Source: Gemmatimonas sp. (GTDB lineage Bacteria; Gemmatimonadota; Gemmatimonadetes; Gemmatimonadales; Gemmatimonadaceae). Taken from it: a stretch of 64,000 nucleotides of DNA. The DNA is taken from positions 1 through 64,000 of the forward strand of contig JANNVQ010000043.1 in assembly GCA_031414535.1 (NCBI GenBank), read 5' to 3'. Of this stretch, positions 19,609 to 28,921 are shown piece by piece (the stretch's first letter is position 1; every line of letters starts with the position of its first letter). The notes under the pieces were generated by a model that saw only the letters and a list, made by a program, of their open reading frames with translations, did no database searches and was not told the DNA's origin. A program made the position numbers and the translations under genes.

Positions 19609-20374
19609 GAGAATCTTGACCCTAGCAAGGGATTTAAAACGTCGCAAGGCGCGCGAACGCCAAGGCCTGTTCGTGGCCGAAGGTGTGCGTACCGTTGAAG
19701 AATTGCTTGCGTCTCCGCTGAATGTACGCGGTGTGTTGGCGAGCGACCAAGTAGAACGTACTACGCGCGGTGCGGCACTGCTCGCCGCCGTGGAGTCGCG
19801 CGGTCTCGAACTGCTGCGCGTAAGCGACGCCGAGTTTGAGTCCGCCGCCGATACCGAACAGTCGCAGGGCGTCTTGGCCATCGCCGAGCAACCCGAGCCA
19901 CGCCTGTCCGAGCTCGCCTTAAAGGACGGTGACCGACTGCTCGTCCTCGATGGCATCCAGGATCCCGGCAATGTGGGCACGCTACTCCGCACAGCAAGCG
20001 CCTTGGGCGCCGCGGCGAGCATCGTGCTACCAGGTACGGTTGATCCGTGGAATGCCAAGGTGGTGCGCTCGGCCGTCGGTTTGCAGTTCACTCATCCTCC
20101 CATCCTGTGCAACACGGGAGAGTTGCTGGCGTTCCTTCGTGAGCAGGCCTGTAGCCTCGTCGGCGCCGGCGCTGAGGGCCAACTCGTGGGCCAGTACGCG
20201 CCGCCGCTCCGTGTCGCGCTGGCCGTGGGCAACGAAGGGCAGGGGCTGAGCGAAGAACTCCGGTCCGCCTGTGATGCCGTGGTCGCCATCCCGATGGCGG
20301 AGGGCGCCGAGTCCTTGAACGTGGCCGTTGCCGCAGGCATCCTACTGCACGTGCTCAGACCCGTCCCCAAGTAA
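19607..20374 (+). CDS. TrmH/SpoU RNA methyltransferase
   Basis: IQDPGNVGTLLRT, GNEGQGL and ESLNVAVAAGI. Confidence 0.9.
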   Translation: MRILTLARDLKRRKARERQGLFVAEGVRTVEELLASPLNVRGVLASDQVERTTRGAALLAAVESRGLELLRVSDAEFESAADTEQSQGVLAIAEQPEPRLSELALKDGDRLLVLDGIQDPGNVGTLLRTASALGAAASIVLPGTVDPWNAKVVRSAVGLQFTHPPILCNTGELLAFLREQACSLVGAGAEGQLVGQYAPPLRVALAVGNEGQGLSEELRSACDAVVAIPMAEGAESLNVAVAAGILLHVLRPVPK

Positions 20375-21204
20375 TGGATCCGATTCTCGCGGCCGCGTGG
20401 GTGGTGGTGTTCCTCTTTGGCGCCTCGCTCGGCTCCTTTCTCAACGTGTGCATCTCGCGTTGGCCCGCCGAACTCTCGGTGGTGAGTCCACGCTCGCGCT
20501 GTCCGCGCTGCGAAAAGCCGATTGCTTGGTACGACAATATCCCCGTGGTTTCTTGGCTTCTGTTGCGGGCCAAGTGCCGTCACTGCGCGCTCCCCATCTC
20601 GGCGCAGTACCCGCTGATTGAAGTGCTCGTGGGCGTGATATGGATGCTCTGCGTGTGGCACTTCGGTCTCTCGTTGACCGCGCTTCGTGTTGGCATCGCC
20701 GCGACGATTCTGCTCGGCGTCATGATGACCGACTTGCTCCACTATGTGATTCCCGACGGATTCACGCTGACCGGATTCCTCGTCGGCATCCTGATGCCGC
20801 TGGTGGCGATGTTCGTCGGAGAGGTTGGGCCGTTTGTGGGGCCATGGGACGCATTGGTCGGTGCCTGTGCCGGTGCGGGGCTTATTGCCATCACGGGCTG
20901 GCTGGGTGAGATCGCTTTCGGAAAAGAGGCGATGGGCCAGGGCGACGTCACGCTGATGGCGATGATTGGTGCGATGGTTGGCCCCGGTCGTAGTTTTCTC
21001 ACAATTTTCATTGGCTCCGGTCTCGGCGCCGCGGTGTATCTGTTGTTGGTGTTGCCCATCGGTCTGCTTCGCGCCAAGAGAGCGGGCGCCGAATTTGAGC
21101 CACCGCTGGTGCCCTTTGGTGTGTTTCTTGCGCCCGCGGGCATGATTGCCCTGCTCTGGGGCGAGCAGTTGCTCGCTGCCTACGTCACGTTCGCCGGTCT
21201 CTAA
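20374..21204 (+). CDS. pilD: Prepilin peptidase/N-methyltransferase
   Basis: GSFLNVCI, SRCPRC...KCRHC, AMGQGD and PFGVFL. Confidence 0.9.
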   Translation: MDPILAAAWVVVFLFGASLGSFLNVCISRWPAELSVVSPRSRCPRCEKPIAWYDNIPVVSWLLLRAKCRHCALPISAQYPLIEVLVGVIWMLCVWHFGLSLTALRVGIAATILLGVMMTDLLHYVIPDGFTLTGFLVGILMPLVAMFVGEVGPFVGPWDALVGACAGAGLIAITGWLGEIAFGKEAMGQGDVTLMAMIGAMVGPGRSFLTIFIGSGLGAAVYLLLVLPIGLLRAKRAGAEFEPPLVPFGVFLAPAGMIALLWGEQLLAAYVTFAGL

Positions 21205-21218
21205 CACTTCGTGTCCTC

Positions 21219-22493
21219 GTGCTAACTCCCTCGCAACGCCCAGCAGTTCTGCTGGCGCTCGCCCTGGTGTCTTCCGCTTGCGGCGAGAGGCCGTCGGTGG
21301 AGTACAACGGGCCGTATCGCACAGAAGTGTTGCGCGCCATTCCGCAGTTGGAGGAGGCGACCGGCCTCAAGTTCACCTCATCGCCCAAGCTGGAAGAGCG
21401 CGATCGCGACGCGGTGCGAGAGTTCCTGGAACAGCAGTTCGCGGAGCAATTGACGCCACTCGAGCTCGCCGGCACCGAGGCGGCCTATAAGCGCTTCGGG
21501 ATGATTCCCGATACCATGGATTTGCGTTCCTTCCTGCTCGATCTCCTCACGGAGCAGGTGGCCGGCTACTACGACCCCGCCACGCGCGTGCTGTACGTGG
21601 TGAAGGACGGTCAGCCGGAGATCACCAGCATCACCATCAGCCACGAGCTGGTGCACGCGCTGCAGCACATGCACTTCCCGCTCGACACCACGCGTCTGCT
21701 CAAGGGCGACAATGATCGCCAAGTGGCGCTGCAGAGCATGGTGGAAGGGCAAGCCGTGTACGAACAAATGAGCATCATGCTCGGCGGCTCGGACTTCGGC
21801 ATGCGTCTGCCCGGTGGATGGGATAGCATCCGCGAACAGATTCGATCGGCGCAGGCATCAATGCCGAAGTTCGCCTCGGCGCCCACGCTGCTACAGGAAA
21901 CCTTGCTCTTTCCGTACATCAGTGGCGCCGAGTTTATGCGGCAGTTCAAGCGCGCCCGTCCTGGCGGGGTTCCGTATGTGCCGCCGCCCGCTTCGACGGA
22001 GCAGATTCTCCATCCCGAGAAATATCTCGACTCGCTGCCGGATCTTCCCACGCGCGTCTCACTCGGTGAACCGCGCGGTGCGCAGCTCATTCACGAAGAC
22101 AACCTCGGCGAGTTTGAGACACGACTCTTTTTGTATGAGCATCTGCGCGACGTGGGTGGCGCGGCGGCTGGCGCAGCGGGCTGGGATGGCGATCGTTATC
22201 AGCTCGTCCAGACAGCCGGTGGCACGGGCATCGTTTGGCTTACGGTTTGGGATTCGGCGCTAGACGCAGCCGAGTTCCGCGACCGCATGGAGCGCATGGT
22301 GGAGCGTCGCTTTGACGCGGCAAGAAGCAGTGGTGGTGATGGGGCTGCCCGAAGCTGGTCCCTGCGTGGGCGACGGCTGACGCTCGAGCAAGCAGAAATC
22401 GCGGGCCGCGCCGTCGTAATATGGGAAGACATGCCATCCGCAGTGCGTGCTGAAGTGCTCAACCGCGCAGCCGTGAAGCTCGAGGGGAACTGA
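21219..22493 (+). CDS. Putative zincin metallopeptidase lipoprotein
   Basis: SSAC lipobox, VAGYYDP, HELVHALQ, EGQA, PPASTEQILHP and GWDGD. Confidence 0.7.
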   Translation: MLTPSQRPAVLLALALVSSACGERPSVEYNGPYRTEVLRAIPQLEEATGLKFTSSPKLEERDRDAVREFLEQQFAEQLTPLELAGTEAAYKRFGMIPDTMDLRSFLLDLLTEQVAGYYDPATRVLYVVKDGQPEITSITISHELVHALQHMHFPLDTTRLLKGDNDRQVALQSMVEGQAVYEQMSIMLGGSDFGMRLPGGWDSIREQIRSAQASMPKFASAPTLLQETLLFPYISGAEFMRQFKRARPGGVPYVPPPASTEQILHPEKYLDSLPDLPTRVSLGEPRGAQLIHEDNLGEFETRLFLYEHLRDVGGAAAGAAGWDGDRYQLVQTAGGTGIVWLTVWDSALDAAEFRDRMERMVERRFDAARSSGGDGAARSWSLRGRRLTLEQAEIAGRAVVIWEDMPSAVRAEVLNRAAVKLEGN

Positions 22494-22496
22494 GCC

Positions 22497-23606
22497 TCAG
22501 TTGCTGAGCAGGCGACCGCCGAGGAAGGTCAGCACGCCGATGAAGGCGCCCAGCACGTAGCCGAGGTTCACAATCAGGTTGAGTTCGCGCTGCGTGACGC
22601 CGCGGATGATTTCTTCAATGCGCGCCGTGCTGAAGCCCAAAACCTTTCGCTCGACGATTGCAGGTATATCGAGCTGCTCCACCACTTTGGGGAGTTCTCG
22701 CTCCATCCATTCCCACACGGCGGGGCCCGCGAAAGCGCCAAGCCGCTCCGGCGCATCCTCGGCGAGGAACCGCGACGGTCGGCCGATGGGACGGTCAAGC
22801 AGGGCCGTCGCTCCGGCGGAGGCACCGTCGGCGGCAAGCTGTTGCACCTTGGGCGAGTTCGCGCCCTCGAGCACCCACTTTACGACTACGTCCTCGCCGA
22901 CGATGTCTAGCACTTCGCTCCAGGTGCGTGTGCCCGCTCGTCCCAAGGCATCGGAGACGGCGCGCTCCACGAAGGACTTTGTGCGCTCCTCGCCCGCGAG
23001 ACGTAGCACCGCATCGCCGATTCGGGCGGCAGCCGAGCGCTGCTCGGCCTTGCGACTTTCGTCCAGCAACTCGGCCGCGAGCTCGGCCGCTTGCGAGGCG
23101 AGTTCCTTGCGCCGTACTTCGGTGAGCACGTCACTCACGGGGCGAGCCCCCAGCTCACTGCGCAACTTGGCGAGCGCTTCGCGCACTTTCACTTCGAAAG
23201 CAGGCGTGGCAGTCCATGCAGAGACGCGCTCGCCTACCACTGGCCCTAAGCCAGCAAGCGCCCGCTCCACTTCGTCGAGTACCGCGGGTGGCAAGATTTC
23301 TCGCAGGGAGCCGCGTTCCACATCGAGCAGTTGTTGAATCGTGGAGCCGAGCTTGGCGTCGAGCGTGTCACGAAAGCCGGCGCGGTGCAGTTCGTCTAGC
23401 AGGTCCTTCGGTGTCAGAAGCTTCTCGCCGACGGTGCGTCCGATGCTCTTGGCGAGGCGTGCCTTGTTCTTCGGTATAGCGCCATGCAGTCCCCAGGTCT
23501 TCTCGTAGGGATGAAACAGCATCCACACCGCAATGGCATTGGTCACGCCGCCGGCGATGGTGCCGATGGCCAAGTTGAGCAAAAACGCGCGCAGCGTCTC
23601 ACTCAC
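22497..23606 (-). CDS. DUF445 family membrane-anchored protein
   Basis: TNAIAVWMLFHP...GAIPKNK N-terminus; ELNLIVNLGYVLG C-terminus. Confidence 0.85.
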   Translation of the reverse strand: MSETLRAFLLNLAIGTIAGGVTNAIAVWMLFHPYEKTWGLHGAIPKNKARLAKSIGRTVGEKLLTPKDLLDELHRAGFRDTLDAKLGSTIQQLLDVERGSLREILPPAVLDEVERALAGLGPVVGERVSAWTATPAFEVKVREALAKLRSELGARPVSDVLTEVRRKELASQAAELAAELLDESRKAEQRSAAARIGDAVLRLAGEERTKSFVERAVSDALGRAGTRTWSEVLDIVGEDVVVKWVLEGANSPKVQQLAADGASAGATALLDRPIGRPSRFLAEDAPERLGAFAGPAVWEWMERELPKVVEQLDIPAIVERKVLGFSTARIEEIIRGVTQRELNLIVNLGYVLGAFIGVLTFLGGRLLSN

Positions 23607-24112
23607 GAACGTGGTCCGTACTTCTTGATGGCGGCCCGCACGAGAGGGTGAAAGGGCTGGTACTTGGGCTTGAGGATGCTTCCACGGCAGCGCTTCGCTT
23701 CGCAGAGGCAGGGAAAGCGTCGTTTGCGCGCCGGCGTGTGCGGCTCGTCGAGTTCGATTGCATAGTCGTACGCGAGTTCCTCGCCAGGCAGAATGTCACG
23801 GATGGCCACGATCCACATATGCTCTCCATACGCGATCGGCTCGCAATTCGGTTCACAGGAATGATTAATGAACCGAGCCTCGTTGCCGCCCACGTTGGCG
23901 TCAATCACGCGATGCTCGTCAAGCGTGAGCAGGTAGGTGTGCTCCGGCTCTTCATTGCCGTCTGGCGCGGTGGGGTAGCGGCGCTCCCCCTCGGTCTCAG
24001 TGATTAGCTCACCGGTGTACTCGATGATCTTGGTGCCGGCCTTGATGCGGGCCGCGGCGTAGACGCCTTTTCCATGCCGTGGCGAGCGGCGGACGACCCA
24101 GGGGCGAGGCAT
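23603..24112 (-). CDS. SET-domain protein-lysine methyltransferase
   Basis: HGKGVYA, RFINHSCEPN, EELAYDY and post-SET CLC...CRG; start set at MPRPWVVRRS. Confidence 0.88.
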   Translation of the reverse strand: MPRPWVVRRSPRHGKGVYAAARIKAGTKIIEYTGELITETEGERRYPTAPDGNEEPEHTYLLTLDEHRVIDANVGGNEARFINHSCEPNCEPIAYGEHMWIVAIRDILPGEELAYDYAIELDEPHTPARKRRFPCLCEAKRCRGSILKPKYQPFHPLVRAAIKKYGPRS

Positions 24113-24187
24113 CAACGAGCAGGTTGGAGGCTTGAGAGAAGCATTCATAAGGTAAACGTCCCGTGTCCGTGTGCCCAAGGCGGCGCT

Positions 24188-24213
24188 TGCGTCTTTCTCG
24201 CGGATGTGGCGTC
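24188..24213 (+). promoter_or_regulatory. ECF-type promoter TGCGTC-N16-CGTC upstream of the sigma gene
   Basis: Same boxes and spacing as 24806-24831; CGTC is a typical ECF -10 element. Confidence 0.65.
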
Positions 24214-24227
24214 TTACAGGGAGACCT

Positions 24228-24842
24228 ATGCCGCATACTCCAGATACCTCAGGCCTCGAACCCGACGACGCACGCTGGCTCGCCTTCGTCGAGCCGTTGC
24301 GTGCGTTTCTCCGTCGTCGCGTGCCGGCTGGCGTGGACCCCGAGGACGTGGCGCAAGAGGTGTTCCTGCGCCTCGCCCGGCACCGCGCGACGATGGCCGA
24401 CGTCCGTGACCTAGATGCCTGGGTGTTTCGCGTAGCACGGGCAGCCCTTACGGATGCCTGGCGTAGCGAACGCCGTCGCTCGCTCCGCGCCTCCGCCCGT
24501 GATCCCGATTCACTCAGCGACGAGTCCGAGGCTGAGGGCGGAGCGCGGGACGAACTCTCGTCCTGTGTGAAACCCTTTGTGGCGGCGCTACCCGCACCGT
24601 ATCGGCGGGCGTTGGAGCTCACGGCGCTCCAAGGACTGACGCAAGGAGAGGCGGCGCGTCTCGAGGGCGTCTCGCTCTCAGGCATGAAGTCTCGTGTGCA
24701 GCGGGCGCGTGCAACGGTGCTCCGCGAAGTCCAACACTGCTGTGGCCTTCAGCGTGACGCGCGCGGCGTGGTGCAGTCCGTGGGCGATGGGGCCTTCCCA
24801 GCGTCTGCGTCCTTGCACAAGATTCAACGTCCACGGAAGTAA
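24228..24842 (+). CDS. sigZ: SigZ-type ECF sigma factor
   Basis: EDVAQEVFL, ELSSC, SLSGMKSRVQRAR and C-terminal HCC...RDARG; GGGAG RBS before ATG 24228. Confidence 0.85.
   Translation: MPHTPDTSGLEPDDARWLAFVEPLRAFLRRRVPAGVDPEDVAQEVFLRLARHRATMADVRDLDAWVFRVARAALTDAWRSERRRSLRASARDPDSLSDESEAEGGARDELSSCVKPFVAALPAPYRRALELTALQGLTQGEAARLEGVSLSGMKSRVQRARATVLREVQHCCGLQRDARGVVQSVGDGAFPASASLHKIQRPRK
24806..24831 (+). promoter_or_regulatory. Second TGCGTC-N16-CGTC promoter, inside the 3' end of sigZ
   Basis: Exact repeat of the two boxes and the 16-nt spacing seen upstream of sigZ. Confidence 0.6.
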
Positions 24843-24879
24843 CGGCGGAATGTCCCGCTGTCCTCACACCGGAGGTTGT

Positions 24880-24966
24880 ATGCACGATACGGAATGTTCG
24901 AACGAGTCCAGTGGCTGCTGCGAGACGGGCACCTGCTGCGGCGGTGCGATCATCGGCTGCTGCTAG
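24880..24966 (+). CDS. 28-aa Cys-rich metallothionein-like peptide MHDTECSNESSGCCETGTCCGGAIIGCC
   Basis: GGAGG RBS at 24871-24875; 7 Cys including three CC pairs; candidate promoter upstream. Confidence 0.7.
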   Translation: MHDTECSNESSGCCETGTCCGGAIIGCC

Positions 24967-24978
24967 GCTCTAAAGCGG

Positions 24979-27435
24979 TTACTGCGCCGGTCCGGCCTCT
25001 GGACGCTCCGGAGCGTCGGCCGGCGCACGACCGATTTCCGAGAACAACGGAAGTCCCTCGGCGAATCCGTTCGGACGCGGCGGAAGTAGCATCGCCTCGA
25101 GCACCTCGTCCATGTTGGCGACGCACTTAAAGGTCAGCGCGCTGCGTACTTCGGCGGGGATGTCGCGCAGATCCTTCTCATTGCTCTTGGGCAGCACCAC
25201 CGTGCGCAATCCCGCGCGATAGGCCGCGAGGACCTTCTCCTTCACGCCGCCAATCTCGAGCACGCGGCCACGCAGCGTCACCTCGCCCGTGACCGCGACG
25301 TCGCGACGCACGGGACGACGGCTCATCACGCTCGCGATTGCCAACGTCACGGCCACGCCAGCGCTCGGGCCATCCTTTGGGACGGAGCCCGCCGGGAAGT
25401 GCACGTGCAAGTCACTCGCGCGGAGTTCCGGATCTGCCACGCGGAGCGCATAGCCGCGCGAGCGCACGTACGAGCAGGCCGCGTCCACGGACTCGCGCAT
25501 CACATCGCCGAGTTGGCCTGTGACCGTCAGCTTGCCGGTGCCCGGCATCATGAGGGCTTCGATGGTCATCAGTTCGCCGCCGTTCGCGGTCCATGCAAGG
25601 CCCGTGACCGTGCCGACCTCTGGCTCCTGCTCGGCTTCTTCGGGCGCGTAGCGCGGAGGGCCAAGCACGTCCTCGACGCGATCGACATCAACAATCCAGG
25701 CCCCTTGTTCGCCCTCGGCCTTTCGCTTGGCGCGCTTGCGCATCATCGCGGCGAGGTGGCGCTCAAAGGTGCGCAGGCCTGCCTCGCGCGCGTAGCGATT
25801 GGCAATGAGCGACAGCACTTCGTCGGTGAACTGCAGGTCGTGATCGGTGATGCCGTGCTCGTCGAACAGGCGCGGCAAGAGATAGCGCCACGCGATCTCG
25901 ACCTTCTCCTCCACCGTGTAGCCAGCGATGCGAATCACCTCAAGGCGATCGCGCAGCGCGTGTGGGATGTCGAACAGATTGTTGGCCGTGCAGATGAAGA
26001 GCACGCTCGAGAGATCAAACGGCAAGTTGAGATAGTGATCCGTGAACGTAGAGTTCTGGGACGGATCTAGGACCTCGAGCATCGCAGCGGTCGGGTCGCC
26101 GCTGGGCCCGCCCGCCGTCATCTTGTCAATCTCGTCAATCATCAAGACGGGGTCGTTCACCTGCACGCGGCGCAGCGCTTGCACGAGCAAGCCGGGCAGG
26201 GACCCCACGTAGGTGCGGCGATGTCCACGGATTTCCGCTTCGTCGCGCACGCCACCCACGGAGATGCGATAGAACGCGCGGCCGATGCTCGCAGCAATCG
26301 CCTCGCCCAGTGAAGTCTTGCCAGTGCCCGGCGGCCCGACGAAGCAGAGAATCGGTCCGTGCGGATCGCGACCGCGGTCGCCACGCAGTTGGCGCACCGC
26401 GAGATACTCGAGGATGCGCTCCTTGGCCTCGTGCAATCCGTAATGACGGCCGTCCAGCGCTTCTTCCACCTTCTCCAGCGCCACACGGCCGTCCCCAGAG
26501 CGGGCCTGCCACGGCAGCGTCAACACCCACTCGAGGTAGTTGCGGAGCACCTGATGCTCGCTGGATGCCGTGGAGAGCGCGCGCAGGCGATCAATCTCTC
26601 GCTTGGCTTCCGAGGCCACGTTGGCGGGAAGCTGGGCTTCTTCCACGCGGCGCAATAGTTCCGCAATCTCGCCTTCACCGCCGTCGCTCTCGCCGAGCTC
26701 CGTGCGAATGGCTTGCAGCTGCTGACGGAGGAAGAACTCGCGGTGGTGGCGGTCCACGCGCCGCTCGGTCTCTTGGCGTACCTCTTCGTGGACGCGCGAA
26801 CGAGCCACCTCGCGCTCCCAACGTTCGGCGATGAATTCCAAGCGTTCGAGCGGATCAATGCGTTGAATCACCGCATCTTTCTCGGCGGCGCGCAGACCAC
26901 CGCGCGCCGCTGCAAGATCTGCAAAACGCGAAGGCGAGTCCGCCTCGCGCCGCAGCAGGGCGGGGAGTTCGGCCGGGAAAGTGGAATCCAGCTCCGCTCG
27001 CGTGTCGGACGCGATGGCGATGCGCTGCATCAGCGCACGGGCGGCATCGCGTTCGGCCGCGGGCTCCGGTCGCAGGGTGGCACGCGCGGTGGGGTATCCG
27101 GCAATCTCATCGCGAACGCAGCCGGAAATCTCCACGCGAGCCAATCCCTCGAGCGTCACCTGCGCCACGCCGCCATCGAGGGGGCGCCGGTCGGTGAGTC
27201 GGGCGAGTACACCCACGCGGCCCTCCAGCGCAGCCAGGCCCCGCTCGCCATCCTCGGCGTCGAGCACGCAGACCACCTGCGCGCCCTCAGCGGGGTTTGC
27301 CATCAACAGCGCCAGATTGTCCGCCGAGGACACTTGCACCGCGATGCGCGCATGCGGAAACACGATTGTGGAGCGCAGTGCCATCAACGGCAGGTCGGCC
27401 GGGAGGCTCGGCTGGGAGAAGGGGCGCTCGGTCAC
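24979..27435 (-). CDS. lon: ATP-dependent Lon protease
   Basis: GPPGTGKTS, IDEIDK, PKDGPSAG and GGVKEK. Confidence 0.95.
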   Translation of the reverse strand: MTERPFSQPSLPADLPLMALRSTIVFPHARIAVQVSSADNLALLMANPAEGAQVVCVLDAEDGERGLAALEGRVGVLARLTDRRPLDGGVAQVTLEGLARVEISGCVRDEIAGYPTARATLRPEPAAERDAARALMQRIAIASDTRAELDSTFPAELPALLRREADSPSRFADLAAARGGLRAAEKDAVIQRIDPLERLEFIAERWEREVARSRVHEEVRQETERRVDRHHREFFLRQQLQAIRTELGESDGGEGEIAELLRRVEEAQLPANVASEAKREIDRLRALSTASSEHQVLRNYLEWVLTLPWQARSGDGRVALEKVEEALDGRHYGLHEAKERILEYLAVRQLRGDRGRDPHGPILCFVGPPGTGKTSLGEAIAASIGRAFYRISVGGVRDEAEIRGHRRTYVGSLPGLLVQALRRVQVNDPVLMIDEIDKMTAGGPSGDPTAAMLEVLDPSQNSTFTDHYLNLPFDLSSVLFICTANNLFDIPHALRDRLEVIRIAGYTVEEKVEIAWRYLLPRLFDEHGITDHDLQFTDEVLSLIANRYAREAGLRTFERHLAAMMRKRAKRKAEGEQGAWIVDVDRVEDVLGPPRYAPEEAEQEPEVGTVTGLAWTANGGELMTIEALMMPGTGKLTVTGQLGDVMRESVDAACSYVRSRGYALRVADPELRASDLHVHFPAGSVPKDGPSAGVAVTLAIASVMSRRPVRRDVAVTGEVTLRGRVLEIGGVKEKVLAAYRAGLRTVVLPKSNEKDLRDIPAEVRSALTFKCVANMDEVLEAMLLPPRPNGFAEGLPLFSEIGRAPADAPERPEAGPAQ

Positions 27436-27614
27436 GTCGTCAAATGTAGGGTCATTGCTTGCTCTCGCGCATCCCCACAGCGCTTGCGAACGGCTCGTCC
27501 CAAGTGACGAACGGATTGACGCGCGATCGTGGCTCCGGGTAGGTGGGGATGTACATCATGACCGTGTCGACTGCGGTCGCGTCCACACCTATTCTGCGTG
27601 GAGGATTTTCCAAC

Positions 27615-28094
27615 ATGAGCCTTCGTGCTTCGAAGTTTGCCAGACTGGCGGCCGTTCTTCTGCTCGGGCTTTCTGCCTGCTCACCCGACGGTACGCCCAG
27701 TGGACTCTCGCGGACGCTGGATATCGTCGAAAATGGACCCATTGTTCCGGTGGTGCAGTCCGAGACCGTGGTTCCGGGCGCCAATGTCGCGGTCGTGTTC
27801 CGCAACACGGTCGGTTTTGAGTTCTGGTTCAATCCTTGCGAGCGCTTCGTGGAGCGCCGGGTGGATGGTGCGTGGCGGCGCCTGCCGGATGAACTGCGGC
27901 TGTGCAACTCGATGGCGTACATTCTGCTCCCAAATGCGGAGCGAGAAGAGCTCGTGGACGCGCCGTTAGATCTGACGTCCGGCACTTACCGCTTCGTCTT
28001 CCCGATGCGACGGCCGGCGGCGCCAGACATCGCGCACTGGGCGGCCAGCACGAGCTTTGCGGTCCGTGCGTCGTCCCCGGTAGGAGTACGCTAA
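27615..28094 (+). CDS. Ig-like lipoprotein, paralog 1
   Basis: LSAC lipobox; NPC...W...LC...GTYRF. Confidence 0.7.
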   Translation: MSLRASKFARLAAVLLLGLSACSPDGTPSGLSRTLDIVENGPIVPVVQSETVVPGANVAVVFRNTVGFEFWFNPCERFVERRVDGAWRRLPDELRLCNSMAYILLPNAEREELVDAPLDLTSGTYRFVFPMRRPAAPDIAHWAASTSFAVRASSPVGVR

Positions 28095-28408
28095 TGCGAG
28101 CGTTCTCTGCGTTCGCCATTGCGCTCATCGCCATCTCGTTGGCCTGTGCGCCGCAGCCGACCGCGCCAGGGCCGGATGAGCTGACGCTGATTGCGGGTGT
28201 GACGGTCAGGCCCGGGAGTCTCGTGTCGTTCGAGCACCAGAACGACAGCCACGTGACGTTTGGGGTGCTCGAATGCGGACCCCCGCTCGAAGCGCTGAGG
28301 AACCCTGATGGCACGTATCGGTTCAGGCTGGGTGCGTTCGCGGTGAACACCGCGATTGATCCTGGCGTCCACGACATTGTGTCCGAGTCGTTCCGCGTGC
28401 GGCGCTGA
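28094..28408 (+). CDS. Ig-like lipoprotein, paralog 2 (internally shortened)
   Basis: SLAC lipobox; aligns with paralog 4 (TFGV..C, GTYRFRL, DP..HDIV) but lacks about 36 central residues. Confidence 0.65.
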   Translation: MRAFSAFAIALIAISLACAPQPTAPGPDELTLIAGVTVRPGSLVSFEHQNDSHVTFGVLECGPPLEALRNPDGTYRFRLGAFAVNTAIDPGVHDIVSESFRVRR

Positions 28409-28410
28409 CT

Positions 28411-28866
28411 ATGCGACGGATGAAGCGAGCCCTCTGCGGGATAGTCGCGGCGGCGGTAGCGGCCGGATGCGCGTCCTCCACCGAGCCGGTCGCGGGCATC
28501 ATCTTCGCACGCGTCGAGCAGGCCAGCGCGACGCCCGGTTCCAGTGTCACGCTCGTGGCATCACGCTCGAGCGCGGGGACTTGGTTCGTCAACCGCTGTC
28601 ACTGGTACCTGCAGCGGTTTGAGGGGAGCGGGTGGAGGCGTTCAAGCATCCAACCCTCTCCCTGCGAAGGTGGCTGGGTGGAGGTTGTAGCGGGCAGCCC
28701 TGCCTCCATCGAGCTAATGATCCCGCCAGATGTTCGGTACGGGGATCACCGGATCGAACTAGTGGTGTCGCCATTCGAATACAGCGCCGGCCCGGTAATC
28801 ACAGTCGCACCGCTAGAAGAAACCACCGTCGTCAGTAACGCTTTCTGGATTCCCGCCTTCCGTTGA
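28411..28866 (+). CDS. Ig-like lipoprotein, paralog 3
   Basis: AAGC lipobox, SSTEP, WFVNRC, W...PC and SNAF. Confidence 0.7.
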   Translation: MRRMKRALCGIVAAAVAAGCASSTEPVAGIIFARVEQASATPGSSVTLVASRSSAGTWFVNRCHWYLQRFEGSGWRRSSIQPSPCEGGWVEVVAGSPASIELMIPPDVRYGDHRIELVVSPFEYSAGPVITVAPLEETTVVSNAFWIPAFR

Positions 28867-28921
28867 CCGATGCTAACGGATTGTGGTTCCACTCTGCTCC
28901 ACTTCTGCTGTGAGGCTCCCT

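Noticed and set aside
18811..20091. 426-aa M48 ORF from the ORF track
   Set aside because: The extension is antisense to trmH; the lipoprotein signal starts at 19608
23603..24685. 360-aa extended SET protein from the ORF track
   Set aside because: The N-terminal extension is antisense to sigZ and low complexity; SET homology starts near 24112
27469..27552. Possible riboswitch upstream of the lipoprotein array (CATCCCCAC/GTGGGGATG pairing)
   Set aside because: A single 9-bp complementarity with no recognisable aptamer motif is not enough support
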